Sequence record: DRR723986_3279
DNA: 39,073 nucleotides
Reading direction: 5' to 3' (one strand)
Part shown: piece after piece, positions 9,081 through 18,266 of the stretch
Numbering within the stretch: the first letter of the stretch is position 1
Layout of the letters: the number at the start of each line of letters is the position of its first letter
The notes under the pieces: generated by a model
Told to the model about the DNA's origin: nothing
The model's database searches: none
Seen by the model: only the letters and a program-made list of their open reading frames with translations
Translations under genes and position numbers: made by a program

Positions 9081-9098
9081 GTTAGTTTCCCTAATCTG
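9081..9098. promoter_or_regulatory. LysR (GcvA-type) binding box, proximal
   Basis: GTTAGTTTCCCTAATCTG contains TTAG-N5-CTAA and the CTAAT core. Confidence 0.55.
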
Positions 9099-9141
9099 AA
9101 ACGAATGAATAGCGCGGGAAATTACGGAGGAGTTAAGGGCC

Positions 9142-10560
9142 ATGACAAATATTCCGGTATATTTAACCGCTGAAAAACATCACATTTTGATTGTAGGTGC
9201 CACTTCGGCGGCTATGGCAAAACTTGCTTTGTTCCTGCCAACCGGCGTGCGCATCACCCTTGTTGGCCATGGTGTCTTAGGCGCTGCGCAATCTGCGGGC
9301 CTAACACCAGAGCTTACAGGCGCAAAAACGCTCTCAATTCAAGACCGGCCCTTCAACCAAGACGATCTTGAAGATAAGTCGCTGGTTTATATCGGTGTTG
9401 AAGATGACATAACGGAAGAGCGTGTCGTGCGGTTGGCAAATGCTCGCAAGCTACCGGTCAATGTGATCGACAAGCCCGCCAAGAGCAATTTCATTACACC
9501 GGCGCAGTTCACTCGTGGCCCCTTGCAGGTGGCCTTTTCCTCCGGTGGTTCTGCGCCGGTGTTTGTGCGCCGCCTTAGAAGCAGTTTGGAGCGCATTCTG
9601 CCGCCCTCATTAGGGGTGCTTGCCAGTGCCGCCGGTAACATGCGGGGCAAAATTAAAACCCTTATACCCGACGCCACACGCCGACGCCTATTTTGGGACC
9701 GGCTCTATGACAATGCGGGCCGCTATGCGGACATGGACCAAGCAGACGTTGAAAAGCTGGTTGTTGAGGCCGCACGCACCCACAGGGTTGGCGCTACCAC
9801 CGGCCAGGTTCAAATTGTTGGTGCAGGCCCCGGTGACCCGGACTTGCTCACCATCAAAGCCCATAGGGCATTGCAGCAAGCCGACGTTATTGTCTACGAC
9901 CGGCTGGTAAGCCGTGATGTGCTGGCGCTTGCACGGCGCGACGCAGACCTTGTGTTTGTGGGCAAACGCGAAGGCGAGCACGGTGTCGGTCAGGAAGGCA
10001 TTTGCCGTATTCTTGTAGAAGAGGCATTAGCCGGAAAACGTGTTGTACGCCTGAAAGGCGGTGACCCCCTCTTGTTCGCGCGTGCCACCGAAGAACTGGA
10101 CGCCCTCCGCGCTAACGACATTCACACAGAAATTGTGCCGGGCATTAGTGCCTATCAGGGCATAGCCGCCAGCACACAAATCCCCCTCACGGACCGGCAA
10201 TCCTCATCAAGCCTAACTTTGGTTACCGGTCACCTGAAAGACGGCGCTTTTAAAGACTGGGGGCGCCTGTCCGGCGAAGGCCAAACACTGGCCATCTATA
10301 TGGGCGTTAGAGGTGCACCGCGCATTTCGGCAGGATTACAAGCAGAAGGCGTGAGCCCGTCAACACCGGTTGCGGTTGTAGAAAACGGCACCCGCGCAAA
10401 CGAGCGGCGGTTTTACGGCACGCTGGCAACTCTGCCAGAGCTGGTGGCGTCTAACGCCGTGAAAAGCCCGGCGCTGCTGCTCATAGGCGATGTGGTTGAG
10501 CATGCGCTTGACCTGAACCAATTCGAAAACGAGCCGCTTTTGCGCGCTCAAAACGGTTAA
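9142..10560 (+). CDS. cysG: Siroheme synthase (dehydrogenase/ferrochelatase plus uroporphyrinogen-III C-methyltransferase)
   Basis: VNVIDKP..SNFITPA, SSGGSAPV, VGAGPGDPDLLT, YDRLV, RLKGGDP and VPGIS motifs; GGAGGAG RBS. Confidence 0.95.
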   Translation: MTNIPVYLTAEKHHILIVGATSAAMAKLALFLPTGVRITLVGHGVLGAAQSAGLTPELTGAKTLSIQDRPFNQDDLEDKSLVYIGVEDDITEERVVRLANARKLPVNVIDKPAKSNFITPAQFTRGPLQVAFSSGGSAPVFVRRLRSSLERILPPSLGVLASAAGNMRGKIKTLIPDATRRRLFWDRLYDNAGRYADMDQADVEKLVVEAARTHRVGATTGQVQIVGAGPGDPDLLTIKAHRALQQADVIVYDRLVSRDVLALARRDADLVFVGKREGEHGVGQEGICRILVEEALAGKRVVRLKGGDPLLFARATEELDALRANDIHTEIVPGISAYQGIAASTQIPLTDRQSSSSLTLVTGHLKDGAFKDWGRLSGEGQTLAIYMGVRGAPRISAGLQAEGVSPSTPVAVVENGTRANERRFYGTLATLPELVASNAVKSPALLLIGDVVEHALDLNQFENEPLLRAQNG

Positions 10561-10571
10561 AGGAAAAGGCA

Positions 10572-10895
10572 ATGGCCAAGAAAATTACCGGCCCCCAAAT
10601 GATTTTGGCAAACCGCTTAGATGATGGTCGGGCTGTGTTCCTGACCGCTGCAGGTACATGGTCCAACATGGCATCAGAAGCTGCCGTTGCGGAAAATGAC
10701 GCTGAACTGGACACGTTGATGACTGTTGCACAGGCCGCAGATCTTGCCAACATTGTGGTAAGTGTAACCCCGGTTGCCGCCGACACATCTGGCGGCGAAG
10801 TTGCCCCGGCTCACATCAAATTTGCCATGCAGGCACGCGGCCCAAGTGTGCGTGCGGACCTTGGCTATCAAGTTTCGCCAAACTGGGAGCAGTAA
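10572..10895 (+). CDS. DUF2849-family protein
   Basis: ILANRLDDGRAVFLT..GTW and ARGPSVR motifs; conserved position ahead of cysI. Confidence 0.88.
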   Translation: MAKKITGPQMILANRLDDGRAVFLTAAGTWSNMASEAAVAENDAELDTLMTVAQAADLANIVVSVTPVAADTSGGEVAPAHIKFAMQARGPSVRADLGYQVSPNWEQ

Positions 10896-10898
10896 CCC

Positions 10899-12554
10899 AT
10901 GTATGCTTACGATAAATACGACCATGCCATGGTAAATGCCCGCGTTGCAGAGTTCCGCGACCAGGTGGACCGGCGCATGAGCGGCGCCCTGACCGAAGAA
11001 GAGTTTCGCCCCCTTCGCCTTATGAACGGGCTGTATCTGCAGCTTCATGCCTATATGCTTCGTGTGGCGATCCCTTACGGCACTTTGTCTGCGGACCAAA
11101 TGCGCAAGCTGGCCCATGTTGCCCGTAAATATGACAAAGGGTACGGCCACTTCACCACGCGCCAGAACATACAGTATAACTGGCCTAAGCTGTCTGAAAC
11201 GCCTGATATTCTGCAAGAACTTGCCGACGTTGAAATGCATGCCATTCAAACGTCTGGCAATTGCATCCGCAATGTTACAACAGACCAGTTTGCAGGGGCT
11301 GCCGCCGACGAAGTTGCGGACCCCCGGCCCTATGCAGAGCTTATTCGCCAGTGGTCTACTTTCCACCCTGAGTTCACATTCTTGCCGCGTAAGTTTAAGA
11401 TCGCAATTACGGGGGCAGCACAAGACCGCGCTGCCGTTAAATGGCATGATATTGGTCTTGTTATAAAACAGAATGAGGCTGGCGAAGTTGGCTTTGAAGT
11501 GCTGGCCGGTGGCGGTATGGGCCGCACCCCGGTGATCGCAAAAGCCATGCGCGAATTTCTGCCTATTTCAGACATGCTCAGTTACCTGGAAGCCATGCTG
11601 CGGGTTTATAACGAGCAAGGCCGCCGCGATAACAAATACAAAGCCCGTATTAAAATTCTCATCGATGCCATTGGGATCGACGAATATAAGCGACAGGTAG
11701 ACGCCGAGTGGGAAAAAATTCGCCACGTACCTATTGATGTGCCGGACGAAGAAGTGGCGCGGATAAAAGCCTTTTTTGCACCGCCGCCCCTGCCCGTGCT
11801 TGCTGACACAGTTGCCGAGGTGGATGCGCTGGCAAATGCCAACTTTGTCTTTAAAGCCTGGCTTGCCAACAATACTGGTGCGCACAAAGTGCCAGGCCAT
11901 GCCCATGTGACCATTTCGCTTAAGCCTCACGGCGGCATCCCCGGTGACGCCACTGACGAACAAATGGATTTGGTTGCAGATCTGGCGGACAGCTATAGCC
12001 AAGGCGAGATCAGGGTAAGCCATGAGCAAAATTTGATTTTACCGCATGTGGCCAAGCAAGACTTGCCAGCTTTATGGACTAAACTGGACGCGGCAGGCCT
12101 TGGCACGCCAAATGCCGGGCTATTGACCGACATTATAGCCTGCCCCGGTCTTGATTATTGTGCGCTGGCAAATACACGGTCTATTCCCATTGCTCAAACC
12201 ATAACCGAGCGGTTTGACGACATAAAACGGCTGATGGACATTGGGCCCCTGAAAATCAAGATTTCAGGCTGTATCAATTCATGCGGACACCACCACGCGG
12301 GCCATATTGGCATTTTGGGTGTCGATCGGCGCGGTGAGGAAAATTACCAGATATTACTGGGTGGCTCGGGTGCAGAAGACGCATCCAAGGCGGCAATTTT
12401 AGGCCCGGGACTTAACGAAGACGGCATTGTTGATGCTGTCGAAAAAGTGGTTGCGGTTTACTTGGGCGAGCGCGAGGACGATGAAACTTTCCTGAGCGCT
12501 TACCGGCGGCTCGGGCCAGATATATTCAAGGAGGCAGTTTATGGAACTGATTAA
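10899..12554 (+). CDS. cysI: Sulfite reductase hemoprotein (nitrite/sulfite reductase family)
   Basis: FRPLRLMNGLYLQLHAYMLR, HFTTRQN, LPRKFK; siroheme/4Fe-4S ligands CPGLDYC and GCINSCG. Confidence 0.96.
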   Translation: MYAYDKYDHAMVNARVAEFRDQVDRRMSGALTEEEFRPLRLMNGLYLQLHAYMLRVAIPYGTLSADQMRKLAHVARKYDKGYGHFTTRQNIQYNWPKLSETPDILQELADVEMHAIQTSGNCIRNVTTDQFAGAAADEVADPRPYAELIRQWSTFHPEFTFLPRKFKIAITGAAQDRAAVKWHDIGLVIKQNEAGEVGFEVLAGGGMGRTPVIAKAMREFLPISDMLSYLEAMLRVYNEQGRRDNKYKARIKILIDAIGIDEYKRQVDAEWEKIRHVPIDVPDEEVARIKAFFAPPPLPVLADTVAEVDALANANFVFKAWLANNTGAHKVPGHAHVTISLKPHGGIPGDATDEQMDLVADLADSYSQGEIRVSHEQNLILPHVAKQDLPALWTKLDAAGLGTPNAGLLTDIIACPGLDYCALANTRSIPIAQTITERFDDIKRLMDIGPLKIKISGCINSCGHHHAGHIGILGVDRRGEENYQILLGGSGAEDASKAAILGPGLNEDGIVDAVEKVVAVYLGEREDDETFLSAYRRLGPDIFKEAVYGTD

Positions 12555-13065
12555 TCTTACGGGTATTCAACCCACAGGCTACACCCTGCTTGCGGATGAT
12601 GCCGAACCTAGCGAGGGCGAAAATGTTGCAGTATCAGTGCAACGGCTGCTGAGCGAAAGTGCGGCGTTTTTTGCCACTGCAGGCGGCGTAGGGGCCATAA
12701 TTACAACAGAAACAGCCTTCAGTGAATTAGATACGCTGGTAGAAAAGTTGGCCTTTGCTGTGATTAAGTTTCCTGCTTTCGGCGATGGCAGAGGCTTTTC
12801 CCTTGCCGTTCGCTTACGGAAAGACTTTGGCTTTAGGGGTGAAATTCGCGCTGCAGGACCAGTTATTCCTGACCAAGCGCTATTTCTACTGCGTGCAGGG
12901 TTTGACACTGTTGAAGTAACCAGTGAACGCAAGTCTGCCTTCGAGGCAGCACTCACGCGTTTCCCCGGCTTTTATCAAAGTGACTTTGGTGGCCAAACTT
13001 CCATTGCGCACGCACGCCACAACACACAAGCTGTCAGAGCAGAAGAACAAAGAAAAGCATCGTGA
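12541..13065 (+). CDS. DUF934-family protein
   Basis: FPAFGDGRGFSLAVRLR..GFRGEIRA.G.VIPDQ..FL.RAGFD and FYQ motifs. Confidence 0.92.
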   Translation: MELINLTGIQPTGYTLLADDAEPSEGENVAVSVQRLLSESAAFFATAGGVGAIITTETAFSELDTLVEKLAFAVIKFPAFGDGRGFSLAVRLRKDFGFRGEIRAAGPVIPDQALFLLRAGFDTVEVTSERKSAFEAALTRFPGFYQSDFGGQTSIAHARHNTQAVRAEEQRKAS

Positions 13066-13814
13066 GCGCACTTGCCGCCATAAAAGATACGCCCTATTTC
13101 GACACGTTGTCTGCCGTTGATTACCTTGACGCGCGCTATGCCAGTGCATCGCCGCAGGATGTTATTGATGGTGCATTGAAATATTTCGGACGGCGGTTTG
13201 CGCTTGTGTCTTCTTTCGGGGCAGAGTCAGCGGTTCTGTTGCATTTGGCTGCGCAGGTTTCCAAAGATATTCCGGTGCTATTTCTGGATACTGGCAAGCT
13301 ATTCGGCGAAACCAAACGCTACCGAGACCAGCTGATCAACGATTTGGGCCTGAATGATGTCCGCAGCTTGTCACCGGACGTGAACACACTCAATGCCAAA
13401 GACCCAAAGGGCGCGCTTTGGGCAACCGACACCAATGCTTGCTGCTATATTCGCAAGGTGGTGCCGCTTGCAGACGCACTAGAAGGTTTTGAAGGCTGGG
13501 CGTCTGGCCGCAAGCGTTTTCAGGGCGGTGTTCGCTCCCTGTTGCCGCATTTTGAGGCCTCTGATGGACGGGTTAAGGTGAACCCGCTTGCTTTTTGGAC
13601 AAAGGATGACGTGGTGGACTACCGCGTGGCCAACAACCTGCCCCAACACCCGCTAGTGGCAGAGGGTTTCCCCTCCATCGGCTGCATGCCGTGCACTGAT
13701 AGAATTGAAGACGGTGAAAGCGAACGTGCCGGTCGGTGGCGCGGCCAAACCAAAACCGAATGCGGCATTCACTTAACCTTGAATGAAAATAATAAAATCT
13801 TGTCTTCAAACTAA
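13062..13814 (+). CDS. cysH: Adenylyl-sulfate reductase, CysH family (Fe-S type)
   Basis: SSFGAES, FLDTG, CCYIRKV, SIGCMPCT, RAGRW and KTECGIH motifs. Confidence 0.95.
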   Translation: MSALAAIKDTPYFDTLSAVDYLDARYASASPQDVIDGALKYFGRRFALVSSFGAESAVLLHLAAQVSKDIPVLFLDTGKLFGETKRYRDQLINDLGLNDVRSLSPDVNTLNAKDPKGALWATDTNACCYIRKVVPLADALEGFEGWASGRKRFQGGVRSLLPHFEASDGRVKVNPLAFWTKDDVVDYRVANNLPQHPLVAEGFPSIGCMPCTDRIEDGESERAGRWRGQTKTECGIHLTLNENNKILSSN

Positions 13815-13894
13815 AAACCAAAAAACAGGCGCTTAAAGTCAACCTTTCTACACTAATGTTTTGAGTTTTTTGAATTTCCAACTAGGTTTGGCAC

Positions 13895-13909
13895 AATAGA
13901 TTTTCTAAT
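13895..13909. promoter_or_regulatory. Imperfect LysR box upstream of the GcvA-like gene
   Basis: AATAGATTTTCTAAT; its reverse complement ATTAGAAAATCTATT resembles the boxes at 8862 and 9081. Confidence 0.45.
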
Positions 13910-13977
13910 GCGCGTCCTTTGACCTTTACGGTGGTTTTAGACCCGCACTTCAGACCGAACAGAAAGGCTTGAGCCCT

Positions 13978-14871
13978 ATGAAACGCTCTCTTCTTCCTTT
14001 GAACGCCCTAAGGGCATTTGACGCAGCCGCCCGGCACATGAGCTTCAAACTTGCCGCCGATGACCTATCGGTAACGCCTGCTGCCATTAGTCAGCAAATT
14101 CGCTCGCTTGAAGACTTTCTGGGTGTTGACCTGTTCCGGCGCACCAACCGGTCATTGGTTTTAACTGAGGCAGCCCAGCTGTCCTTGCTGCCGCTTAAAG
14201 AGGGCTTTGAGCGCCTAGAAGAAGCTGTAGATATCATCGCAGGCTCTAAGTCTTCCACGGTTTTGAAAGTGAGTGTGTCACCCTCGTTCGCCAGCAAGTG
14301 GCTAGTGCCGAGGCTGGCCAGCTATTATGAGCGCCGACCCGACGCGATTGTAAAAATAAGCGCCACCATGCAAGTAACCGACTTTAAGGCCGAAGACACG
14401 GACGTTGCTATTCGCTATGGCCGCGGAAATTATGACGGCCTTCAATCAGAAGAACTATTGCGAGAAACCTTGTTTCCCGTGTGTGCGCCAGGCCTTTTTG
14501 ACGGCGAAGCGGCCACCCCCTGCGCGGTACTTACCCATACCCTGATCCATGATGACAGTTCTATTGAAGATGAAAGTGCCCCAAATTGGACCATGTGGCT
14601 AAAAGCCGCCGGTGTCACGGCGCCTGACGGCATGCCCGCATTACATTTCAACAATAATGCACTGGCAATTGAAGCCGCTGTCGCGGGCCGGGGTATTGCA
14701 TTGGCACGCTCTGCTATTGCAGAGGAGGACATTAAAGCAGGCAGGTTAATAAAGCCGTTCGGCGAAGCTGTGCCGGTTAACTTTGCTCACCACATAGTTT
14801 ACCCTAAGGACAAACTTAAAAATGAACGGGTCCAAGACTTCATTGAATGGCTGCGCGAAGAAACAGCCTAA
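13978..14871 (+). CDS. gcvA: LysR-family regulator, GcvA-like
   Basis: PLNALRAFDAAARHMSFKLAADDLSVTPAAISQQIRSLE HTH; SFASKWLVPRL and DVAIRYG motifs. Orthology to true gcvA is not established. Confidence 0.85.
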   Translation: MKRSLLPLNALRAFDAAARHMSFKLAADDLSVTPAAISQQIRSLEDFLGVDLFRRTNRSLVLTEAAQLSLLPLKEGFERLEEAVDIIAGSKSSTVLKVSVSPSFASKWLVPRLASYYERRPDAIVKISATMQVTDFKAEDTDVAIRYGRGNYDGLQSEELLRETLFPVCAPGLFDGEAATPCAVLTHTLIHDDSSIEDESAPNWTMWLKAAGVTAPDGMPALHFNNNALAIEAAVAGRGIALARSAIAEEDIKAGRLIKPFGEAVPVNFAHHIVYPKDKLKNERVQDFIEWLREETA

Positions 14872-14888
14872 GCTTAGGAAAGTTTATT

Positions 14889-15629
14889 ATTAAAAAATTG
14901 ATATTTTCATCTCTCCTATTGTTTGCATTGCCGGCTTTTGCAAACGTTCAGGACAACAACCGTCCGTGCCTGAAACTAGGCGCCGATGAAGGCGTGGAGG
15001 AATACCACTCTATTTTTGCGGGCATTGTTGAGCTGATTTATGAGCGCATAGGCCACTGTGCAATCTCAATTTCGGTCGCACCAAAACGCGCTGAAATGAT
15101 GATGGCAACTGGTGCACTCGACGCGGACTGGATGCGCGCAGATGGTTTCAAAGAAAAAACCGGACTGGATATTATTGAAGTACCCGTAACGCTGTTTGAA
15201 CTGGACATAATTTTACTAAGCAAACCAAACAGTAGTTTCAATGGCCAGCCAGAAGATATGAAAGGTCGAACCGTTGGGTTTCCTGCAGGCTTTAATTGGA
15301 TTGAAGATAACTTGCTAAAACTCGGGGCAATTCCAAACGAAGTACCCACCAGCGTTCCGGTTCGGGAACTACTTATGCGTGGGCGGTTCGACGTTTTCGC
15401 TATCGACGGGGTCAGAGCCTATGAAATGTTGGGACCTCCGGAAAGCCAAAAAGGCATTATTCGGCAAACCAGCTGGACGAAGGTTCCCTTTTTCCATTTG
15501 GTCCATGCAAGACACAAAGACAAAGTTGATGCTTTAGCCCGGGAAACGCAAAAGGCTATCAACGCCGGAGAGTTTGACCCGCTTTTCGCTCTACCCGGCC
15601 TTCACCGGGTAGAAACTGGTTCAAACTAA
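14889..15629 (+). CDS. Periplasmic substrate-binding protein (family 3-like), orphan; start uncertain
   Basis: Signal peptide KKLIFSSLLLFALPAFA; PKRAEMMMATGALDAD..R and LLMRGRFDVF motifs. Confidence 0.75.
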   Translation: MKKLIFSSLLLFALPAFANVQDNNRPCLKLGADEGVEEYHSIFAGIVELIYERIGHCAISISVAPKRAEMMMATGALDADWMRADGFKEKTGLDIIEVPVTLFELDIILLSKPNSSFNGQPEDMKGRTVGFPAGFNWIEDNLLKLGAIPNEVPTSVPVRELLMRGRFDVFAIDGVRAYEMLGPPESQKGIIRQTSWTKVPFFHLVHARHKDKVDALARETQKAINAGEFDPLFALPGLHRVETGSN

Positions 15630-15632
15630 GCT

Positions 15633-18266
15633 TTACTCTTCCACCGCTTGGGCTTCCGCATCTTCATCGCTGCGCGAGCGGTCAAACGCGGTTGAGAAAA
15701 ACATGGCATTCAGGAACAATTTTTCTGCGCCCACATATGTGGCCCTGAAGTTGGGGTTGTCTGCAAACAATATAACCGAGCCCCGACCGTGCCGCTCAGC
15801 GGTCATCATAGGCGTGCCTTTTATCTGATTAATGCGCTTATCCGAGGCATAGCCCGACAGTAAAGGTTGCTCGCTATAAACCGCCACTTGCGCGTATGGG
15901 TCTTTCGGCACAGGCAAAACATTGCTGGTATTACGGTTGGTGGTCACCAACCGGCGTGTAAAGCCAAAGCCCATGGGGTGCGTTATGTCCAAGTCACTTT
16001 CAAACAAAGCGCCACCAATCACATGTTCAGCGTCATTCTGGCCTTTGTTGGCATAGGTCAAACGCTTGCCAATAGCATCACTACTTGATTTCTTCTTTTT
16101 AGACTTTGACGCGAACAGTTTTTTTGAAGCCCACTCGGCCCCCTGACGGTGCGCAACAAACGTGCCGCCTGCCCGTACCCAGTCTTCAACTTTATCAGAC
16201 ATGGATGATGTCAACCTGGCACCACCGCCACCGACAAGAACCATGTGGCTATAGCGCGTAAGGTCTACGCGGCTTAATCGTTCTTTGCGTACAAGTGTCA
16301 CCGGAATTTTCATGCGGTGATCAAGCAAATGCCATACCTCACCGGCATCATATGAGGTCAGTCCCGGCCCTGTTATCAACAATATCCGCGGTGCTTTCAG
16401 GTCGGACACAGAATTACGGCCACCGAGGTCTGCGCCGGCTTGCGGCGTATGGCCAGATGTGGCTGCATGAATGGTAATACCGTCCTCTGCGGCAATCTTT
16501 TCCATAATGCTGTGAATGGTTGCCATTGGCACGGTTTGTAAGTCGCGCTGAACGATAATCGTACCGCGTTCAAACGCGATCATCCCGCGCGTGGTTTTCA
16601 CGCTAATGGGCTCTTTCGCCACCCGCGCCATAATGCCAGCTGAAAGTATGCGGTTCACGGCACGCGGTGCATAATAATCTGACCAGCGGAACACGTAAGC
16701 ATAAGGCGCTTCGTCGGGCGCTTGTGCTGCGGCAAAACTCGCAACAGCCAACTCACCCATTTTACTACGTGGGTTTGAGGTAACTTCATCGTATTCAAGA
16801 CCGTAAGCCAGCGGCATGGTCCAACCGGAAACATCATAAAATACTTTGTCTGGAAACTCAGTAATCCGGTTAAACAAAGCTTTCGCCATACGGTATTGCC
16901 GCTGGTTCAAATTCACGATGAAACTTTCTTCACCGTAAGTTTTATCACCGGCTCGAACAGAACCCGAAACCTTGTGAACCGCCACTTGGTGCCGCGCAAG
17001 CAGGTCCAAGAACATGTTAACCCGGGTGTTGTCCTCAGGCGCCCGGAATACGTAAGCTTTTACATCGTCAGCCCGGGCCAAGTCAGCCGCTTCAGCATAA
17101 AAGGCGCGCTGGAACGCATGTAATTTCAGTCGCATCGCCGCCGCACCTTCAATGGTGGTTAAGCTGGTACGAAAGTGGGTGCGAATGTTATTGGCGAATG
17201 TTTTAATGCCCTGATCGCTCTCGCGGGCGATGCCCATTTGCGCACCCGCTTCAAATAGTATGCCGAGCGAGCCATTAATTTGCGGGTAAGTAGACCCTTT
17301 GCCCACATAGTAATTATCGAAGCCCTCCTCTGAGAAATACAGCTTGCCTTCACCGTCCATAAAGGCGCGGTGATAATCAGCTATTTCCACTAACAACTCG
17401 CGTGCTTTTGATGGCACCAGCGGGTATTTCCGCGTGGGCACACCGGGGTGGAAATAATAGGTGCTGTTGCCGCCCATTTCGTGCATGTCCGCCGACACCT
17501 GCGGCCGCCATTCATGCCATTTGGTCAACCACGCCCGGCTTTCCGGCTGGGTTTGCAAAAGCCACTGGCGGTTAAGGTCAAACCAATAATGGTTGGTGCG
17601 CCCACCCGGCCAATATTGGTTTTGTACTTCATGGTTGGGGTCCGTTGCCCGTACGTCAGAACCATACTGGGTTATCCAGCTGATGCGCCGCGAATGGCCA
17701 TCCGGGTTAAATACCGCCGTTATCAAAATGACGCTATTATCCAGCTGCGAACGTGTTGCTGCGTCCTCAGCGGCGGCAAGGTGGTAAAGCGTTGGCAGGG
17801 CCGAGTCCATGCCACTGGCCTCTGCGCCGTGCACACCGTAATTAACCCACGTAACAACCGGAAGGTCGTCTGACGCTTCGCCTGAGCGCGCGGGGTCGCT
17901 ACGCAAAATATGGTTTGCTTTAATGCTGTCCAGCCGCGCCAGGTTTTCTGGCGAACTCACTGTAATAAACAAAATGGGGCGGTTTTCGTGGCTATACCCA
18001 ATGGTTTCCACATTCATGCGCGGGCTTTGCGCTGCAAGCGTGCGAATATAGCTTACCATCAAATCATGGCGCGCCGGTTGGTCGCCGATATCATGGCCTA
18101 AAACTTCGGTAGGCTTCAAAACTGACTGGTCGTAGGAAACGCCTTCAACCAAAAAATAGTCCAGCGGTTCTGCTGTCGCAGTGAACGCACTGCTAAATGC
18201 GGCAGACAGCATACCAAACAACAAGCCAATGGCTGGTAATGATTTAATGTAAATTCGTTTGCGCAT
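15633..18266 (-). CDS. M14 zinc carboxypeptidase family protein, exported
   Basis: IGYSHENRP, GVHGAE (HxxE), NPDG, RTNHYWFDLNR and DMHEMG motifs; signal peptide after ATG 18266. Confidence 0.92.
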   Translation of the reverse strand: MRKRIYIKSLPAIGLLFGMLSAAFSSAFTATAEPLDYFLVEGVSYDQSVLKPTEVLGHDIGDQPARHDLMVSYIRTLAAQSPRMNVETIGYSHENRPILFITVSSPENLARLDSIKANHILRSDPARSGEASDDLPVVTWVNYGVHGAEASGMDSALPTLYHLAAAEDAATRSQLDNSVILITAVFNPDGHSRRISWITQYGSDVRATDPNHEVQNQYWPGGRTNHYWFDLNRQWLLQTQPESRAWLTKWHEWRPQVSADMHEMGGNSTYYFHPGVPTRKYPLVPSKARELLVEIADYHRAFMDGEGKLYFSEEGFDNYYVGKGSTYPQINGSLGILFEAGAQMGIARESDQGIKTFANNIRTHFRTSLTTIEGAAAMRLKLHAFQRAFYAEAADLARADDVKAYVFRAPEDNTRVNMFLDLLARHQVAVHKVSGSVRAGDKTYGEESFIVNLNQRQYRMAKALFNRITEFPDKVFYDVSGWTMPLAYGLEYDEVTSNPRSKMGELAVASFAAAQAPDEAPYAYVFRWSDYYAPRAVNRILSAGIMARVAKEPISVKTTRGMIAFERGTIIVQRDLQTVPMATIHSIMEKIAAEDGITIHAATSGHTPQAGADLGGRNSVSDLKAPRILLITGPGLTSYDAGEVWHLLDHRMKIPVTLVRKERLSRVDLTRYSHMVLVGGGGARLTSSMSDKVEDWVRAGGTFVAHRQGAEWASKKLFASKSKKKKSSSDAIGKRLTYANKGQNDAEHVIGGALFESDLDITHPMGFGFTRRLVTTNRNTSNVLPVPKDPYAQVAVYSEQPLLSGYASDKRINQIKGTPMMTAERHGRGSVILFADNPNFRATYVGAEKLFLNAMFFSTAFDRSRSDEDAEAQAVEE

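Noticed and set aside
10674-11447. 257-aa minus-strand ORF and other long antisense or alternative-frame ORFs (e.g. 24608-25171, 30865-31422, 23132-23683)
   Set aside because: They overlap well-supported conserved genes and show no motifs or RBS; they are typical shadow ORFs.
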